Positions 38,262-48,585 are shown, counted from the first letter of the stretch. The stretch: DNA of 64,000 nucleotides from an uncultured bacterium (GCA_937975685.1 CALJUG010000046.1:84-64083), one strand, 5' to 3'. Notes: generated from the letters alone by a model not told the origin. Numbers and translations: made by a program.

Positions 38262-39909
38262 GGTCGGCGTCCTCCTGCAAGGGTTGCGGCTGCTGGGCGA
38301 GCGCCTGGGTGGCGTCGCCAGGTTGGTCGAGCAGCGCCTGGGCCGCCGGACGCGCCAGCGGTTCGAGCGTGGGCCGCATGCGGCTCAAGAAGAACTCCGG
38401 TTGCAGCCCGATCCACAGCACGAATACACAGAGCGGCACCAAGGCCGAAATCTCGCGCAGCGACAGGTCGCGTACGGGGGCATGATCGTCGTGATGGGGC
38501 TCGCGCAGCGGCCCGAAGAACACGCGCTGCACCAGGTACAGCATGTACCAGGCCCCCAGCACCACGCCGAACACTGCCAGCACGGCCAGTACCTTGTAGA
38601 AGGTATACAGCGAAGTCAGCGCCTCGGGCACCGGGGTCCAGGCCCGCTGGAACATGCCGATCAGCACCAGGAACTCGCCGGCGAAACCGTTCAATCCCGG
38701 CAGACCGATGCTCGAGAACGTGAAGATCAGGAAGAAGAAAGCCAGCACCGGCGTGCGCCGCGCCAGTCCGCCCAACTGGCGAATTTCGCGGGTGTGATAG
38801 CGCTCGTAGGTCATGCCCACTACGGCAAACAGCCCGCCGGTCGACAGGCCGTGGTTGATCATCTGCAGCACGCCCCCCTCGACAGCGAGGCTCGTCAGCG
38901 CGAACAGCCCGAGCATGCAGAAGCCCAGGTGGCTGACGCTGGAATAGGCGATCAGTCGCTTCATGTCGCTTTGGGCCAGGGCCACCAGCGCGCCGTAGAG
39001 GATGCCCGCCACCGACAGCCCCAGAATCCAGGGGATGCACGCGGCCGTGGCCTCGGGCAGCATCGGCAGGTTGAACCGCGCGAAGCCATAGGTGCCGATC
39101 TTGAGCAGGATGCCCGCCAGGATCACGCTACCGGCCGTAGGAGCCTGCGTGTGTGCCAGCGGCAGCCAGGTGTGCAGCGGGAACAGCGGTACCTTGATCG
39201 CGAATCCGGCGAAAAGCGCCAGGAAGATCCAAATCTGATACGGAGCGGCGATGGGATGTTCGCTCAGCCGGGCCGTGAGGTCGGGGATCGAGAACGTCAT
39301 CACGCCGTCGCCCGAATGGTTGTAGGCCCAAAGCACGATGGCCAACAGGCCCAGGAACGTCAGCAGGCTGCCGGCCAGCGTAAACAGAAAGAACTTCACC
39401 GCGGCATAGCGGCGATCTTCGGAACCCCACACGCCAATCAGGAAGAACAGCGGGATGAGCGTGAACTCGAAGAAGATGTAGAACAGGATGATGTCGCGCG
39501 CCGCGAACACCCCCAGCATGCCGGTGCCCAACAGCAACAACAAGGCGTAGAACGTGGCCGGGCGATCGGCGATCGCCTCCCAACTCACCAGCACGCACGT
39601 CAGCAGCAGCAGCGACGAGAGCGCGAACAGCCACAGGCTCAAGCCGTCGAGTCCCACGTTCAGGCTCACGTCCACCGCCGACGATGGCCCGAGCCAGGCG
39701 AAGTCCGACGCGGCAAAGGGCGTCTCGCCGGCGCTATAGTTCAAAACCAGCACGCCCGCGAGCACCAAGGTCACAAGCGACGTCACCAGCGCACTTTGCC
39801 GCACGGCCGCCTGCCCCTGAGGCGCAAGCGCCAACACCACGAGCGCACCGGCCAGCGGCGTAAAGGTGGCAAGCAGCAGGACGATCGACATCGCTTCCAC
39901 GAAAAACAC
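38251..39909 (-). CDS. nuoM: NADH-quinone oxidoreductase subunit M
   Basis: HTWLPLAHTQAPTAGSVILAGILLKIGTYG is the NuoM/ND4 signature. The start is GTG at 39909, or ATG at 39891 (MSIVLLL). Confidence 0.9.
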   Translation of the reverse strand: MFFVEAMSIVLLLATFTPLAGALVVLALAPQGQAAVRQSALVTSLVTLVLAGVLVLNYSAGETPFAASDFAWLGPSSAVDVSLNVGLDGLSLWLFALSSLLLLTCVLVSWEAIADRPATFYALLLLLGTGMLGVFAARDIILFYIFFEFTLIPLFFLIGVWGSEDRRYAAVKFFLFTLAGSLLTFLGLLAIVLWAYNHSGDGVMTFSIPDLTARLSEHPIAAPYQIWIFLALFAGFAIKVPLFPLHTWLPLAHTQAPTAGSVILAGILLKIGTYGFARFNLPMLPEATAACIPWILGLSVAGILYGALVALAQSDMKRLIAYSSVSHLGFCMLGLFALTSLAVEGGVLQMINHGLSTGGLFAVVGMTYERYHTREIRQLGGLARRTPVLAFFFLIFTFSSIGLPGLNGFAGEFLVLIGMFQRAWTPVPEALTSLYTFYKVLAVLAVFGVVLGAWYMLYLVQRVFFGPLREPHHDDHAPVRDLSLREISALVPLCVFVLWIGLQPEFFLSRMRPTLEPLARPAAQALLDQPGDATQALAQQPQPLQEDADRVQ

Positions 39910-39917
39910 CTAACGGG

Positions 39918-41999
39918 TCATTGCCACGCCGCGGCGAGCGTCGGCCAGATCAACAACGTCAGCACCAACACCAGCACTCCCCACAACATGGCCAGGGCGT
40001 AGAACTGCACCAGGCCGTTTTGCAGCGGCCGCAAACGGCCGGCCACCGCGGGCGGAATCCAGCCCACGAGGTTCACCAGCCCGTCGATAAACCGCCGATC
40101 GAACCAGTAGCTCAGCCGGGCGAGCATCTCCAGCGGCCACACGAACAGGGCGTAGTAGATCGGGTCGAAGAACAGCTTGCCGTGCGACAGCCAGTACAGC
40201 GGCGACACGAGCTTGCGCAGCGTGGCCACCAGGTCCTTGTCGCCCAGGTACAGAAACGCGGCCAGCCCGATTCCGAGCAAGGCCACGATGGTGCCCACGG
40301 TGCTGACCAGTTCGTGCGAGCCCTCGACGTGACCGTGGTGGCCGGCCGCGACCGGCTCGAAGGCCAGCGACGGCGTGGCGATCAGTAGCCGGTTGAATCC
40401 GCCGGTCCAGGTGAAGTACGCCCCGACCACTAGCGAGCAGAACGCCAGGATCATCAGCGGCACGGTCATCACCGGTGGCGATTCGTGGGCATGGTGGCCC
40501 GCCTCGTGCGGCACGCGCTCCTCGCCATAGAACGTGAGGAAGAACGCCCGGAAAATGTAGAACGACGTCAACAGTGCGATCGCGGTGGCCACCCAGTAGA
40601 GCCCCTGATACAGCGGCTCGTGCTCACCGAAACCGCGATCGTAGGCCGCGGCGATGATCGCGTCCTTACTCCAGAACCCGGCAAACGGGGCCAGGCCCGC
40701 CAGCGCCAGGCAGCCGAACAGGAACGTCCAGTGCGTCGAGGGCATCAGTTTCCGCAGCCCGCCAAAGCGTCGCATGTCGATCACACCGCCCATGGCGTGC
40801 ATGACGCTGCCGGCTCCCAGGAACAGCAAGGCCTTGAAGAACGCATGCGTAAACAAGTGGAACATGCCCGAGGCGATGCCGGCCAGCGAACCGATGCCCA
40901 GGCCCAGGAACATGTATCCCAACTGGCTGATCGTCGAATAGGCCAGCACGCGTTTGAGGTCGGTCTGCGTCACGGCAATCACGCCGCCGATCACGGCCGT
41001 AATGCCGCCAATCACCGCCACGACTTGCTGCGCATCGGGCGAGGCGGCAAACAGCGGTGTGCAACGGGCCACCATGTAGGCTCCGGCGGTGACCATCGTG
41101 GCTGCGTGGATCAATGCGCTGACCGGCGTGGGGCCTTCCATCGCGTCAGGCAACCACACGTGCAGCGGAAACTGCGCGCTCTTGCCACAGGCTCCCAGCA
41201 TCAGAAGTAAGCAGATGGCCGTGGCCACCGTCCCACCGGCAAACAGCGCCGGATCGGCCAGCCGTGTTTGTCCCAGCACGCCGGCGATCTGCCCGGTGTC
41301 GTGAAAGTTCAGCGTGCCGTAGGTCATCCAGATCAAGAACAGCCCCAGGGCAAAACCGAAGTCGCCGATGCGATTGACCAGAAATGCCTTCTTGCCGGCG
41401 GCGGCCGCCTCGGGCTTTTCGTACCAGAAACCGATCAGCAGGTAGCTGCACAAGCCGACCGCTTCCCAGAACACATACAGGAGCACGAAGTTGCTCACCG
41501 AGACCAGCATGGTCATCGAGAACACGAACAGGCCGATGTAGCTGAAGAATCGCCAGTAGCCGCGGTCGTCGTGCATGTAGCCCACGGCATAGATGGCCAC
41601 CAGCGTCGAGACGAACGTGACCATCGCCAGCATGATCGAGGTCAGTGGGTCGGCACGCAGGGCGATGTCGATCGAAAACGGCAGGCTCGCGGGTAGCTGC
41701 TCGCCGGCGACGGCCGCGGCCTGCGGCGCCGAGTCGGCCGGCAAGGCATCGGACACTCCCACCCAATTCCAGAGCTGAAAGCTCGCCTCCCAGCCCACCA
41801 TCTCGGTCTCTTCGAAGGCGGCCTTCCGCACTTCGGCCAGCAGCAGCAGGCTGCACACGCACGAGCCGGCCAGGGCCAAGACCACCGGCAGATGGCTCTT
41901 CGATCCCAACACGCGCGGCCCGAACACTGCCGTGACGATCGCCGCCAGCAGCGGCAACGCCGGAATCAGGATGAGCAGTGTCGACGTGGTGCCGGACAT
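39918..41999 (-). CDS. nuoL: NADH-quinone oxidoreductase subunit L
   Basis: 693 aa. HVWLPDAMEGPTPVSALIHAATMVTAG is the NuoL/ND5 signature. Confidence 0.92.
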   Translation of the reverse strand: MSGTTSTLLILIPALPLLAAIVTAVFGPRVLGSKSHLPVVLALAGSCVCSLLLLAEVRKAAFEETEMVGWEASFQLWNWVGVSDALPADSAPQAAAVAGEQLPASLPFSIDIALRADPLTSIMLAMVTFVSTLVAIYAVGYMHDDRGYWRFFSYIGLFVFSMTMLVSVSNFVLLYVFWEAVGLCSYLLIGFWYEKPEAAAAGKKAFLVNRIGDFGFALGLFLIWMTYGTLNFHDTGQIAGVLGQTRLADPALFAGGTVATAICLLLMLGACGKSAQFPLHVWLPDAMEGPTPVSALIHAATMVTAGAYMVARCTPLFAASPDAQQVVAVIGGITAVIGGVIAVTQTDLKRVLAYSTISQLGYMFLGLGIGSLAGIASGMFHLFTHAFFKALLFLGAGSVMHAMGGVIDMRRFGGLRKLMPSTHWTFLFGCLALAGLAPFAGFWSKDAIIAAAYDRGFGEHEPLYQGLYWVATAIALLTSFYIFRAFFLTFYGEERVPHEAGHHAHESPPVMTVPLMILAFCSLVVGAYFTWTGGFNRLLIATPSLAFEPVAAGHHGHVEGSHELVSTVGTIVALLGIGLAAFLYLGDKDLVATLRKLVSPLYWLSHGKLFFDPIYYALFVWPLEMLARLSYWFDRRFIDGLVNLVGWIPPAVAGRLRPLQNGLVQFYALAMLWGVLVLVLTLLIWPTLAAAWQ

Positions 42000-42047
42000 T
42001 GGGAAAGGCGTTAGGGGTTGGGGATTAGGGGTTTGGGGGACAGCGAC

Positions 42048-42491
42048 TTACACGTGGGTGCGGTAGCTGACTTCTTCCAGGTCGTGCTCGGGCTCGATGC
42101 CCGCGGGAGTGAGCTGGGGCCACTCGGGCTGTTCGTCCTGCGGCGGTGGCAGGCGGCGATCGACGTAGGCCGGCTGATTGTCTTCGCGCAGTTGCTGCCA
42201 GAGCACCATGTCGAGCGAGCCGTTCTTGTGAAACAGTGTGAGTACGACAGCCAGGGCGATGGCCGCTTCGCAGGCGGCCACGGTGAGGATGAAGATCACC
42301 AGCATCTGGCCGCCCCAGTCGTTGTGGTAGCGGCTCCAGGCGACGAGACTCACGGAAACGCCCTGCAGCATCATCTCGACGCAGAGGAACATCACGATCA
42401 TGTTGCGGCGGCTCAGGAACCCGGCCAGACCGATGCCGAACAGCAGCGCGCCGACCAGCAGGTTCTTTTCCAACAGGGCAACTTCACTCAT
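42048..42491 (-). CDS. nuoK: NADH-quinone oxidoreductase subunit K with an approximately 45-aa acidic/Pro-rich C-terminal extension
   Basis: The first 100 aa or so form a 3-TM ND4L-like protein (FLCVEMMLQGVSVSLVA). The ORF continues to 147 aa. Confidence 0.85.
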   Translation of the reverse strand: MSEVALLEKNLLVGALLFGIGLAGFLSRRNMIVMFLCVEMMLQGVSVSLVAWSRYHNDWGGQMLVIFILTVAACEAAIALAVVLTLFHKNGSLDMVLWQQLREDNQPAYVDRRLPPPQDEQPEWPQLTPAGIEPEHDLEEVSYRTHV

Positions 42492-43209
42492 GGATGGCTC
42501 CCCCGGAAAGTTTGTGGAGCCGGCCGGCGATCGCCACGGTGCCCACCAGCGCCACCAGCAGCAGCGTGCCGGCGACTTCCACCGCGATCAGGTGCTTGCT
42601 GAACAGTTGGGCGCCCAAGTGGGCCATGTGCTGATCGGCCATGATCTCGCCCTGCAGTTGCTCGGCATCGAACCGGGCGGCGGGGCGGCGGGCTTCGTCG
42701 GGGTTCTGGAACACCCCGAACAACACCACGGTCAGCAATCCCACGACCAGCGCGCCGCTGAGGGCGGAGAGCGGTGCGGCCCAACTGACGCGATCGTACG
42801 AAGCCTGGCCTTGCGGCTGAGCCAGCATGAGCACAAACAGAAACGTCACCAGAATCGCCCCGGCATAGACCACGATCGTGGCCACGCCCAGAAACTGCGC
42901 TCCGTCGAACAGGAACAGCCCGGCGGTGCCCAGCAGCGACAGGGCGAACCAGATGGCCGAATAGACCGGGTTGCGAAACGTGACCGTGGCCACGGCCGCA
43001 AAGATGGTGATGCCCGCCAGGATGTAAAACACGACGTCGCCCACTACCGTGCCCAGCGGTAGCGATTGGGCGGCCAGCAGACCGAGCGCGGCGGCGGTCA
43101 GCACGGCACCGGCAGCGCGACCCCAGGCACGGCCGCGGGGCAGCGAGAGCCAGATTCCCACGGCCAGCAGCAGCGTGGCAATGCCCAGGGTGATGAGCAA
43201 CGCGTTCAC
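42484..43209 (-). CDS. nuoJ: NADH-quinone oxidoreductase subunit J
   Basis: 241-aa hydrophobic ND6-like protein lying between nuoI and nuoK, with overlapping stop/start codons. Confidence 0.85.
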   Translation of the reverse strand: MNALLITLGIATLLLAVGIWLSLPRGRAWGRAAGAVLTAAALGLLAAQSLPLGTVVGDVVFYILAGITIFAAVATVTFRNPVYSAIWFALSLLGTAGLFLFDGAQFLGVATIVVYAGAILVTFLFVLMLAQPQGQASYDRVSWAAPLSALSGALVVGLLTVVLFGVFQNPDEARRPAARFDAEQLQGEIMADQHMAHLGAQLFSKHLIAVEVAGTLLLVALVGTVAIAGRLHKLSGGAIHE

Positions 43210-43739
43210 AGCGTGCCTCCTAAAGATTCCGAGGGCATCGGCTCGGCGTCCTTGGTCTGGTCGTACACGCTCAAAAGCTTTTCTTTGTCGAAGATCATCT
43301 CCTCGCGGCTGCGGCCCGTCAGATCAAACAGGCTGGTCAGTTCGATCGCGTCGACGGGGCAAGCCTCTTCGCACATGCCGCAGTAGATGCATCGCAATTC
43401 GTCGATCGTGAAGCTTTCGGGATACTTCTCGCGATCCTCCCAGGGGCTTTCCACCCCCACGATGTCGATGCAGTGCGCCGGGCACGCCGTGGCGCAGAGA
43501 AAGCATGCTACGCACTTGACGCGACCTTGTTCGTCCTTGTTCAGCCGATGCACGCCGCGGTAGATCAGCGGATTGCCGATCTTCGGCCGGGCCTCCGGGT
43601 AGCTGACCGTTACCTTGGGGCCCACCAGGTGCTTGGCCGTGGTCGAGAGTCCCTGCACCAGCAGCGGCAGGTACATCTTGCCCGCCAGCCCCAGCTTCGG
43701 CTCTTCGATCCATTTCACGTTCGGGTCGTCGGCTTTCAT
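43206..43739 (-). CDS. nuoI: NADH-quinone oxidoreductase subunit I
   Basis: Two 4Fe-4S ferredoxin motifs: CVACFLCATACP and CIYCGMCEEACP. Confidence 0.92.
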   Translation of the reverse strand: MKADDPNVKWIEEPKLGLAGKMYLPLLVQGLSTTAKHLVGPKVTVSYPEARPKIGNPLIYRGVHRLNKDEQGRVKCVACFLCATACPAHCIDIVGVESPWEDREKYPESFTIDELRCIYCGMCEEACPVDAIELTSLFDLTGRSREEMIFDKEKLLSVYDQTKDAEPMPSESLGGTL

Positions 43740-43742
43740 GCT

Positions 43743-45020
43743 TTACCTCAGCGACAGCTCGTTTTCGCTGTGCAGTAGCGCTTCGGGCTCGAATTCCGGG
43801 GGAGCCAGTGCATCGTTGCGAGGGCGATTGTCGGTATGCAGCGGAGCCAGAAACGCGGCCAACACCCAAGCCACAACAGCAGTGGCCCAGCCCACGGCCA
43901 CGGCGATCCCCTTCCCCGTCGGCGAAGCCAGGATGCCGGACGTCTGCTCGTACTCGAGCACGATGGCCATCACCACCAGGTTGACGATGCCCAAGGGCAG
44001 CATCACTTTCCAGGCCAGATTCATCAACTGGTCGAAGCGAAACCGCGGCCAACTCCAGCGGACCAACATAAAGAACAGAATCACGACCATCACCTTGGTC
44101 ATCAGCACGGCGATGCGGGCCAATGCCAGCGGCCAGCCGATGGACTCGTCGCCGGCAACGGGCATGCCCCAGAAGTGCCAGCCGCCGAAGAACAGGATCA
44201 CGATCAGAAACGCCGCCACGACCATGTGCAAGAACTCGGCGATCAGGAACAGCAGCAGCCGGATGCCGGCATATTCCGTGTGGTAACCGCCGACCAGCTC
44301 CTGCTCGCACTCGGGTAGGTCGAACGGCAGGCGCGCCGCCTCGGCAAACGCGGCGATCATAAACACGCTAAAACCCAACGGCTGCACCAGCACGTTCCAC
44401 ATGCCGCTTTCGGCCTGCTCGAAGATGATCGATTCCAGCCGCAACGAGCCGGCCGCCAGCACCACGCCCAGGATGCCCAGTCCCAGCGGAATCTCGTAGG
44501 CGATGAGCTGCGCGCTGGAACGCAGCGCCCCCAGAAAGCCATACTTGTTGTTGCTCGACCAGCCGCCGAGGATCACGCCGTAGACGGCGATGCTGCTCAA
44601 GGCAAACACGTAGATCATGCCCACGTCGACGCCGGGCGCGACGACCAGCGAGATCGGCCCCTCGATGCCCGGCACCTCGATCGGCAGCACGTCGCCCACG
44701 GGAACTACGGCGAATACGGCGATCGCCGCGGCCAGGATCGCGACCGGCGCGAGCGAATACAGCACCTTCTCGACGTGGGCCGGCGTGTACTCTTCCTTGA
44801 AGATGAACTTCAACCCGTCGGCCAGCGGCTGTCCCAGGCCGAACACGCTGATTTTCGTGAAAGGTATGCCGACGCGGTTGGGCCCGCGGCGATCCTGAAT
44901 CCAGGCGGCCATCCGCCGCTCGAGCAGCACCAGATATGCCGCTGCGGTCATGATCACGAAGATAAACAGGGCGATCTTCACCGAGGGCACGATGAACGGC
45001 ATGAGGGCTTCGGTAGTCAT
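43743..45020 (-). CDS. nuoH: NADH-quinone oxidoreductase subunit H
   Basis: The start ATG at 45020 overlaps the nuoG stop (ATGA). MTTEALMPFIV...LERRMAAWIQDRRGPNRVG is an ND1-like N-terminus. The longer track ORF (to 45428) overlaps nuoG and is rejected. Confidence 0.9.
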   Translation of the reverse strand: MTTEALMPFIVPSVKIALFIFVIMTAAAYLVLLERRMAAWIQDRRGPNRVGIPFTKISVFGLGQPLADGLKFIFKEEYTPAHVEKVLYSLAPVAILAAAIAVFAVVPVGDVLPIEVPGIEGPISLVVAPGVDVGMIYVFALSSIAVYGVILGGWSSNNKYGFLGALRSSAQLIAYEIPLGLGILGVVLAAGSLRLESIIFEQAESGMWNVLVQPLGFSVFMIAAFAEAARLPFDLPECEQELVGGYHTEYAGIRLLLFLIAEFLHMVVAAFLIVILFFGGWHFWGMPVAGDESIGWPLALARIAVLMTKVMVVILFFMLVRWSWPRFRFDQLMNLAWKVMLPLGIVNLVVMAIVLEYEQTSGILASPTGKGIAVAVGWATAVVAWVLAAFLAPLHTDNRPRNDALAPPEFEPEALLHSENELSLR

Positions 45021-46648
45021 GACGCGCTCACCTCCCCGGCGGCCACGCGCTCGGCGGCCTCGAGCTGCACGCCCAGTGGATCGACCGGTTCGGCCGCCTT
45101 GGCAAAGAAAGCGACCTGAGCGGCCACCTCGTCCAACACGCGGCGGGCCTTGACCAGGCTCTTCTCGCCCAGCAGTTCCCAGTAGACGCTCGCGGCCACG
45201 CGCACCCCGGCCGGCGGCCGCACGGCCCATTCCACCCTTTGCAGACGTTTGGCGAAGTTGACGTACGACCCGTCGCGCTCGGCAAACGCCGCGCCGGGCA
45301 GGCGGTACGTGGCACGTTCCATCAAGGGCGAGTGAAACATGTCCTGCACGACCAGGCACGCGGCGCCGGCCAAGGTGTCGGCCGTGGCCTCGTCGATCCA
45401 ATCGTGCTTGTATCCACCGCTGACCCACACGGCCATCGCCTCGCCGCCGGAGACCGCCGAAAGCAGGTCCTCCATCGTGGCCGCCTGTCCCATGAAGTGG
45501 CTCACTACCTCCTCAACGCCGCGGCGGTTGGGGCACTTCTCGGCCCGGATCGTGAACCCGTTCTTGAACGTCTCGTCCTCCCCCACCTCGGGCACCGGCC
45601 CCAGCACGACCGTGGCCTGCGGATCGACCGAGCGGGCGTACTTGGCCAGCAGGTAGGCTTCTTCCACGGTCAGGTGTGGAGAAAGCGCGACGCCGACGCG
45701 GCCGACCTCGCGAAACCGCTCGTCGATCTCGCGCACCACCTGCGACCATTCCAAGAGCGTCGGCACGTCGCCATCGAGCCGTTCGACGTTGGTGAGCCGC
45801 TTGTCGCTGTGTACGTGGTGATAGCCGTAGCGCCCCTCGTCGCACATCCACCACTGGTTGACGTGCGGGTTCTCGCGCGGCTTCAAACGATAGACCGTGT
45901 CCTGATTCTCTTCCACGAAAACCGAGCAGCCGGTCGAGCAACCCGTGCACACGCCTGGATGTTTCTTCAGGAACCAGACGCGCTGCTGGTAGAGAAAGTC
46001 CTTGTCGCCCAGGGCCCCCACGGGGCAGATATCGACCACGTTGCCCGAGAGTTTGTTCTCCAGCGGATGGCCCGGAAAGACGTCGATCTCTTCGTGCGCC
46101 CCGCGGTTGATGACCATCAGCTCGCTGGAGCCGCTGATCTCGCGGGTAAAGCGCACGCAGCGCGAGCACATCACACAGCGATCGACAAACAGCGTCACCG
46201 TGTCGCCCATCGGCCGCTTGCGGCTGGTAAACGGCCGGATGTCGGCCCGGCGTTTGTCCTGGCCGTACTTGAAGTGGTAGTCCTGCAGGTAGCACTCGCC
46301 GGCCTTGTCGCAAATCGGGCAGTCGATCGGGTGATCGATCAGCAGGTCTTCCTCGACCATCGCCCGGGCCTGCTGCACTTTCTCGCTGTTGGTGACGAAA
46401 ACGGCGTTGGGCACCGCCGGCGTCTGGCAGGCCGGCACGAGCTTGGGCACCATGCGCGTCTCGCCCGTCTCGGGGTTGCGCGTGCCGGTCTCGACCAGGC
46501 ACATGCGGCAACTGGCCACGACCGACAGGCCCGGATGCCAACAATAGTGCGGAATGTCGATACCGGCCCGTTCGGCGGCTTGAATCCCGTTGAGCCGCTC
46601 ACCTTCGGCCAGTTCGATTTCGATTCCGTCAATGATGACTTGAGGCAT
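45017..46648 (-). CDS. nuoG: NADH-quinone oxidoreductase subunit G (compact, 543 aa)
   Basis: 2Fe-2S and 4Fe-4S ligand clusters: CRMCLVE, CPICDKAGECYLQD, CVMCSRCVRF, CPVGAL. Confidence 0.9.
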   Translation of the reverse strand: MPQVIIDGIEIELAEGERLNGIQAAERAGIDIPHYCWHPGLSVVASCRMCLVETGTRNPETGETRMVPKLVPACQTPAVPNAVFVTNSEKVQQARAMVEEDLLIDHPIDCPICDKAGECYLQDYHFKYGQDKRRADIRPFTSRKRPMGDTVTLFVDRCVMCSRCVRFTREISGSSELMVINRGAHEEIDVFPGHPLENKLSGNVVDICPVGALGDKDFLYQQRVWFLKKHPGVCTGCSTGCSVFVEENQDTVYRLKPRENPHVNQWWMCDEGRYGYHHVHSDKRLTNVERLDGDVPTLLEWSQVVREIDERFREVGRVGVALSPHLTVEEAYLLAKYARSVDPQATVVLGPVPEVGEDETFKNGFTIRAEKCPNRRGVEEVVSHFMGQAATMEDLLSAVSGGEAMAVWVSGGYKHDWIDEATADTLAGAACLVVQDMFHSPLMERATYRLPGAAFAERDGSYVNFAKRLQRVEWAVRPPAGVRVAASVYWELLGEKSLVKARRVLDEVAAQVAFFAKAAEPVDPLGVQLEAAERVAAGEVSAS

Positions 46649-46663
46649 GTTCGTCCGGCGGGG

Positions 46664-48016
46664 TTAGTGCAACGCCACGACGGGTAGCGCGGGCACCGCG
46701 TCGGTGACCATGTACCCAGTGGGGTTGGTACGCTTGATGTACTCTTCGAACTCGTCGCGAAACTTGCGAATCGCGTTCTTGATCGGCCAGGCCGCGCCGT
46801 CGGCCAGACCGCAGATCGTGGTGCCGGGCATGATGCCGATCGTGTCGCCGATCTCGAGCAGCAGGTCCAGGTCGCGCAAGCGGCCCCTGCCCGCCTTGAT
46901 GCGCTCGAGCATGGTGAGCGACCAGGCGGTGCCTTCGCGACACGGCGTGCATTGCCCGCAGCTCTCGTGGGCGAAGAAGCGGCAACTGTTGTGCAGGAAG
47001 TCGACGATCGAAACTGTTTCGTCGAGCACCACCACGGCGGCCGTGCCGAGGCCGAGGCAACCCACGCGGCCCGGTCCATTGAAGTCGAGCGGGGTGTCCA
47101 ACTCGGCTTCGGTGAGCAGGCCCATGCTGATGCCGCCGGGAATCGCGGCCTTGGCCTTGCGGCCTTTCCAGACGCCGCCACCGTACTCGTCGATCAACTG
47201 CCGGCAGGTAATGCCCAAGGGGGCTTCGTAGCAGCCGGGCTTCTCGACGTGGCCGCTGAGGCAGTACAGCTTCGGCCCGTAGCTGCCGGCATCGCGCGGG
47301 TTGTCTGGGTCGGCAGGAACGCCGATGCTTTTGAACCACTCGACGCCGCGGGCGACGATCTGCGTCACGCAGCAGGCCGTTTCGATGTTGTTGACCACGG
47401 TCGGCTTGCGAAACACGCCTTCGACGGCCGGAAACGGCGGCTTGATCCGCGGCCAGGCCCGCTTGCCCTCGAGGCTTTCGATCAAGCCGGTCTCTTCGCC
47501 GCAGATGTAGGCCGCGGCGCCGCGATGCAGGTAAATGTCGAGCGAGAACTCGCTGCCCAGGATGTTCTTGCCCAGGTAGCCGGCCGCGTAGCACTCGTCG
47601 ATCGCCGCCTGCAAGCGCGCAAGCGACCGCGGGTACTCGTAGCGCAGGTAGATGTAAGCCGTCGTGGCCTTCGTGGCATACGCACTGAGGATCGATCCTT
47701 CGATCACCTGGTGCGGGTCTTCCTCCATCAGGATGCGGTTGTTGAACGTGCCCGGCTCGCTCTCGTCGGCGTTGATGCACATGTAGACCGGGCCAGGATG
47801 GTCCTTGGGCAAGAACGACCACTTGAGGCCCGTGGGAAAGCCGGCACCGCCGCGGCCGCGGAGATTGCTGCTCTTGACCAGCTCGATCAGATCGGGCGGC
47901 GCCATCTCGGCGATCACTTTGCGCAAACCGCGATAGCCGCCGGCCGCTTCATACGCTGCAAGCGTATGGCTGTCGGGTTTGTCGATATTGGCCAGCAGTA
48001 CGGGTTCGAAAGCCAT
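46664..48016 (-). CDS. nuoF: NADH-quinone oxidoreductase subunit F
   Basis: GRGGAGFPTG, GAAAYICGEETGLIESLEGK (FMN/NADH site), ESCGQCTPCREG (N3 cluster). Confidence 0.95.
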   Translation of the reverse strand: MAFEPVLLANIDKPDSHTLAAYEAAGGYRGLRKVIAEMAPPDLIELVKSSNLRGRGGAGFPTGLKWSFLPKDHPGPVYMCINADESEPGTFNNRILMEEDPHQVIEGSILSAYATKATTAYIYLRYEYPRSLARLQAAIDECYAAGYLGKNILGSEFSLDIYLHRGAAAYICGEETGLIESLEGKRAWPRIKPPFPAVEGVFRKPTVVNNIETACCVTQIVARGVEWFKSIGVPADPDNPRDAGSYGPKLYCLSGHVEKPGCYEAPLGITCRQLIDEYGGGVWKGRKAKAAIPGGISMGLLTEAELDTPLDFNGPGRVGCLGLGTAAVVVLDETVSIVDFLHNSCRFFAHESCGQCTPCREGTAWSLTMLERIKAGRGRLRDLDLLLEIGDTIGIMPGTTICGLADGAAWPIKNAIRKFRDEFEEYIKRTNPTGYMVTDAVPALPVVALH

Positions 48017-48043
48017 GGGTCGTGTTCGGCGCGGTCCGCCGGG

Positions 48044-48526
48044 TTAATTCCCTCCGCGGATCTCCGCCAAGAGCGTGTCAGCCGATTCGTTAGTCAAGTT
48101 CTTGTGCAGCGTGTCGCCGGCCAGCGCACAGGGGGCGAAGTCGCAGGCCCCCAGACACTCGGCGAATTCGAGGGTCAACTTGCCGTCGGAGGTCGTTTCG
48201 CCGGGGCGAATGCCGGCCTGCTCACACATGTGCTCGAGCACTTCCTCCCCGCCGCGTAGCGCGCAACTGATCGAGCGGCAAACCCAGGTCCGCGTCTCGC
48301 CGTGCGGCTTGTCCTGCTTGAAGAAGCCGTAGAACGAGAGCGTGTCCTGCACCTCGGCCGGAGCCAGCTCGAGCAGCTCGGCCACCTCGACCACCGCTTC
48401 CAAGGGCACGTAGCGCAGATGACTGTTCACTACGTGCAGCGCCGGCAACGTCACGGCCTGGCGCGTGGGATAGCGCGGGAAGTAGGCCTTGATTTCGGCG
48501 ATCATTTCGTCGGTGAGGACGGGCAT
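48044..48526 (-). CDS. nuoE: NADH-quinone oxidoreductase subunit E
   Basis: ATG at 48526 (MPVLTDEMIAEIKAYFPRYP). 2Fe-2S ligands in CRSISCALRG and CLGACDFAP. Confidence 0.9.
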   Translation of the reverse strand: MPVLTDEMIAEIKAYFPRYPTRQAVTLPALHVVNSHLRYVPLEAVVEVAELLELAPAEVQDTLSFYGFFKQDKPHGETRTWVCRSISCALRGGEEVLEHMCEQAGIRPGETTSDGKLTLEFAECLGACDFAPCALAGDTLHKNLTNESADTLLAEIRGGN

Positions 48527-48585
48527 GAAAGTGGTGGTTGGTGAGTAGTGGTTCGTGGGTAGTGAACGAGGCGTGCGTGGTCCGC

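Noticed and set aside
38134-40002. 622-aa plus-strand ORF, and similar ORFs across 36651-51107, antisense to nuo genes.
   Set aside because: The nuoA-N products on the minus strand are unambiguous. The antisense ORFs are rich in Arg/His/Gln/Gly and have no recognisable domains.
45021-45428. N-terminal extensions of track ORFs for nuoH (to 45428), the alpha/beta hydrolase (to 57574), PP2C (to 18320), the kinase (to 15230), nuoE (to 49012) and nuoB (to 51047).
   Set aside because: The extensions overlap the upstream gene or intergenic DNA, are Arg/Gly-rich, and sit ahead of internal starts that give canonical N-termini, often with an SD or stop/start coupling.
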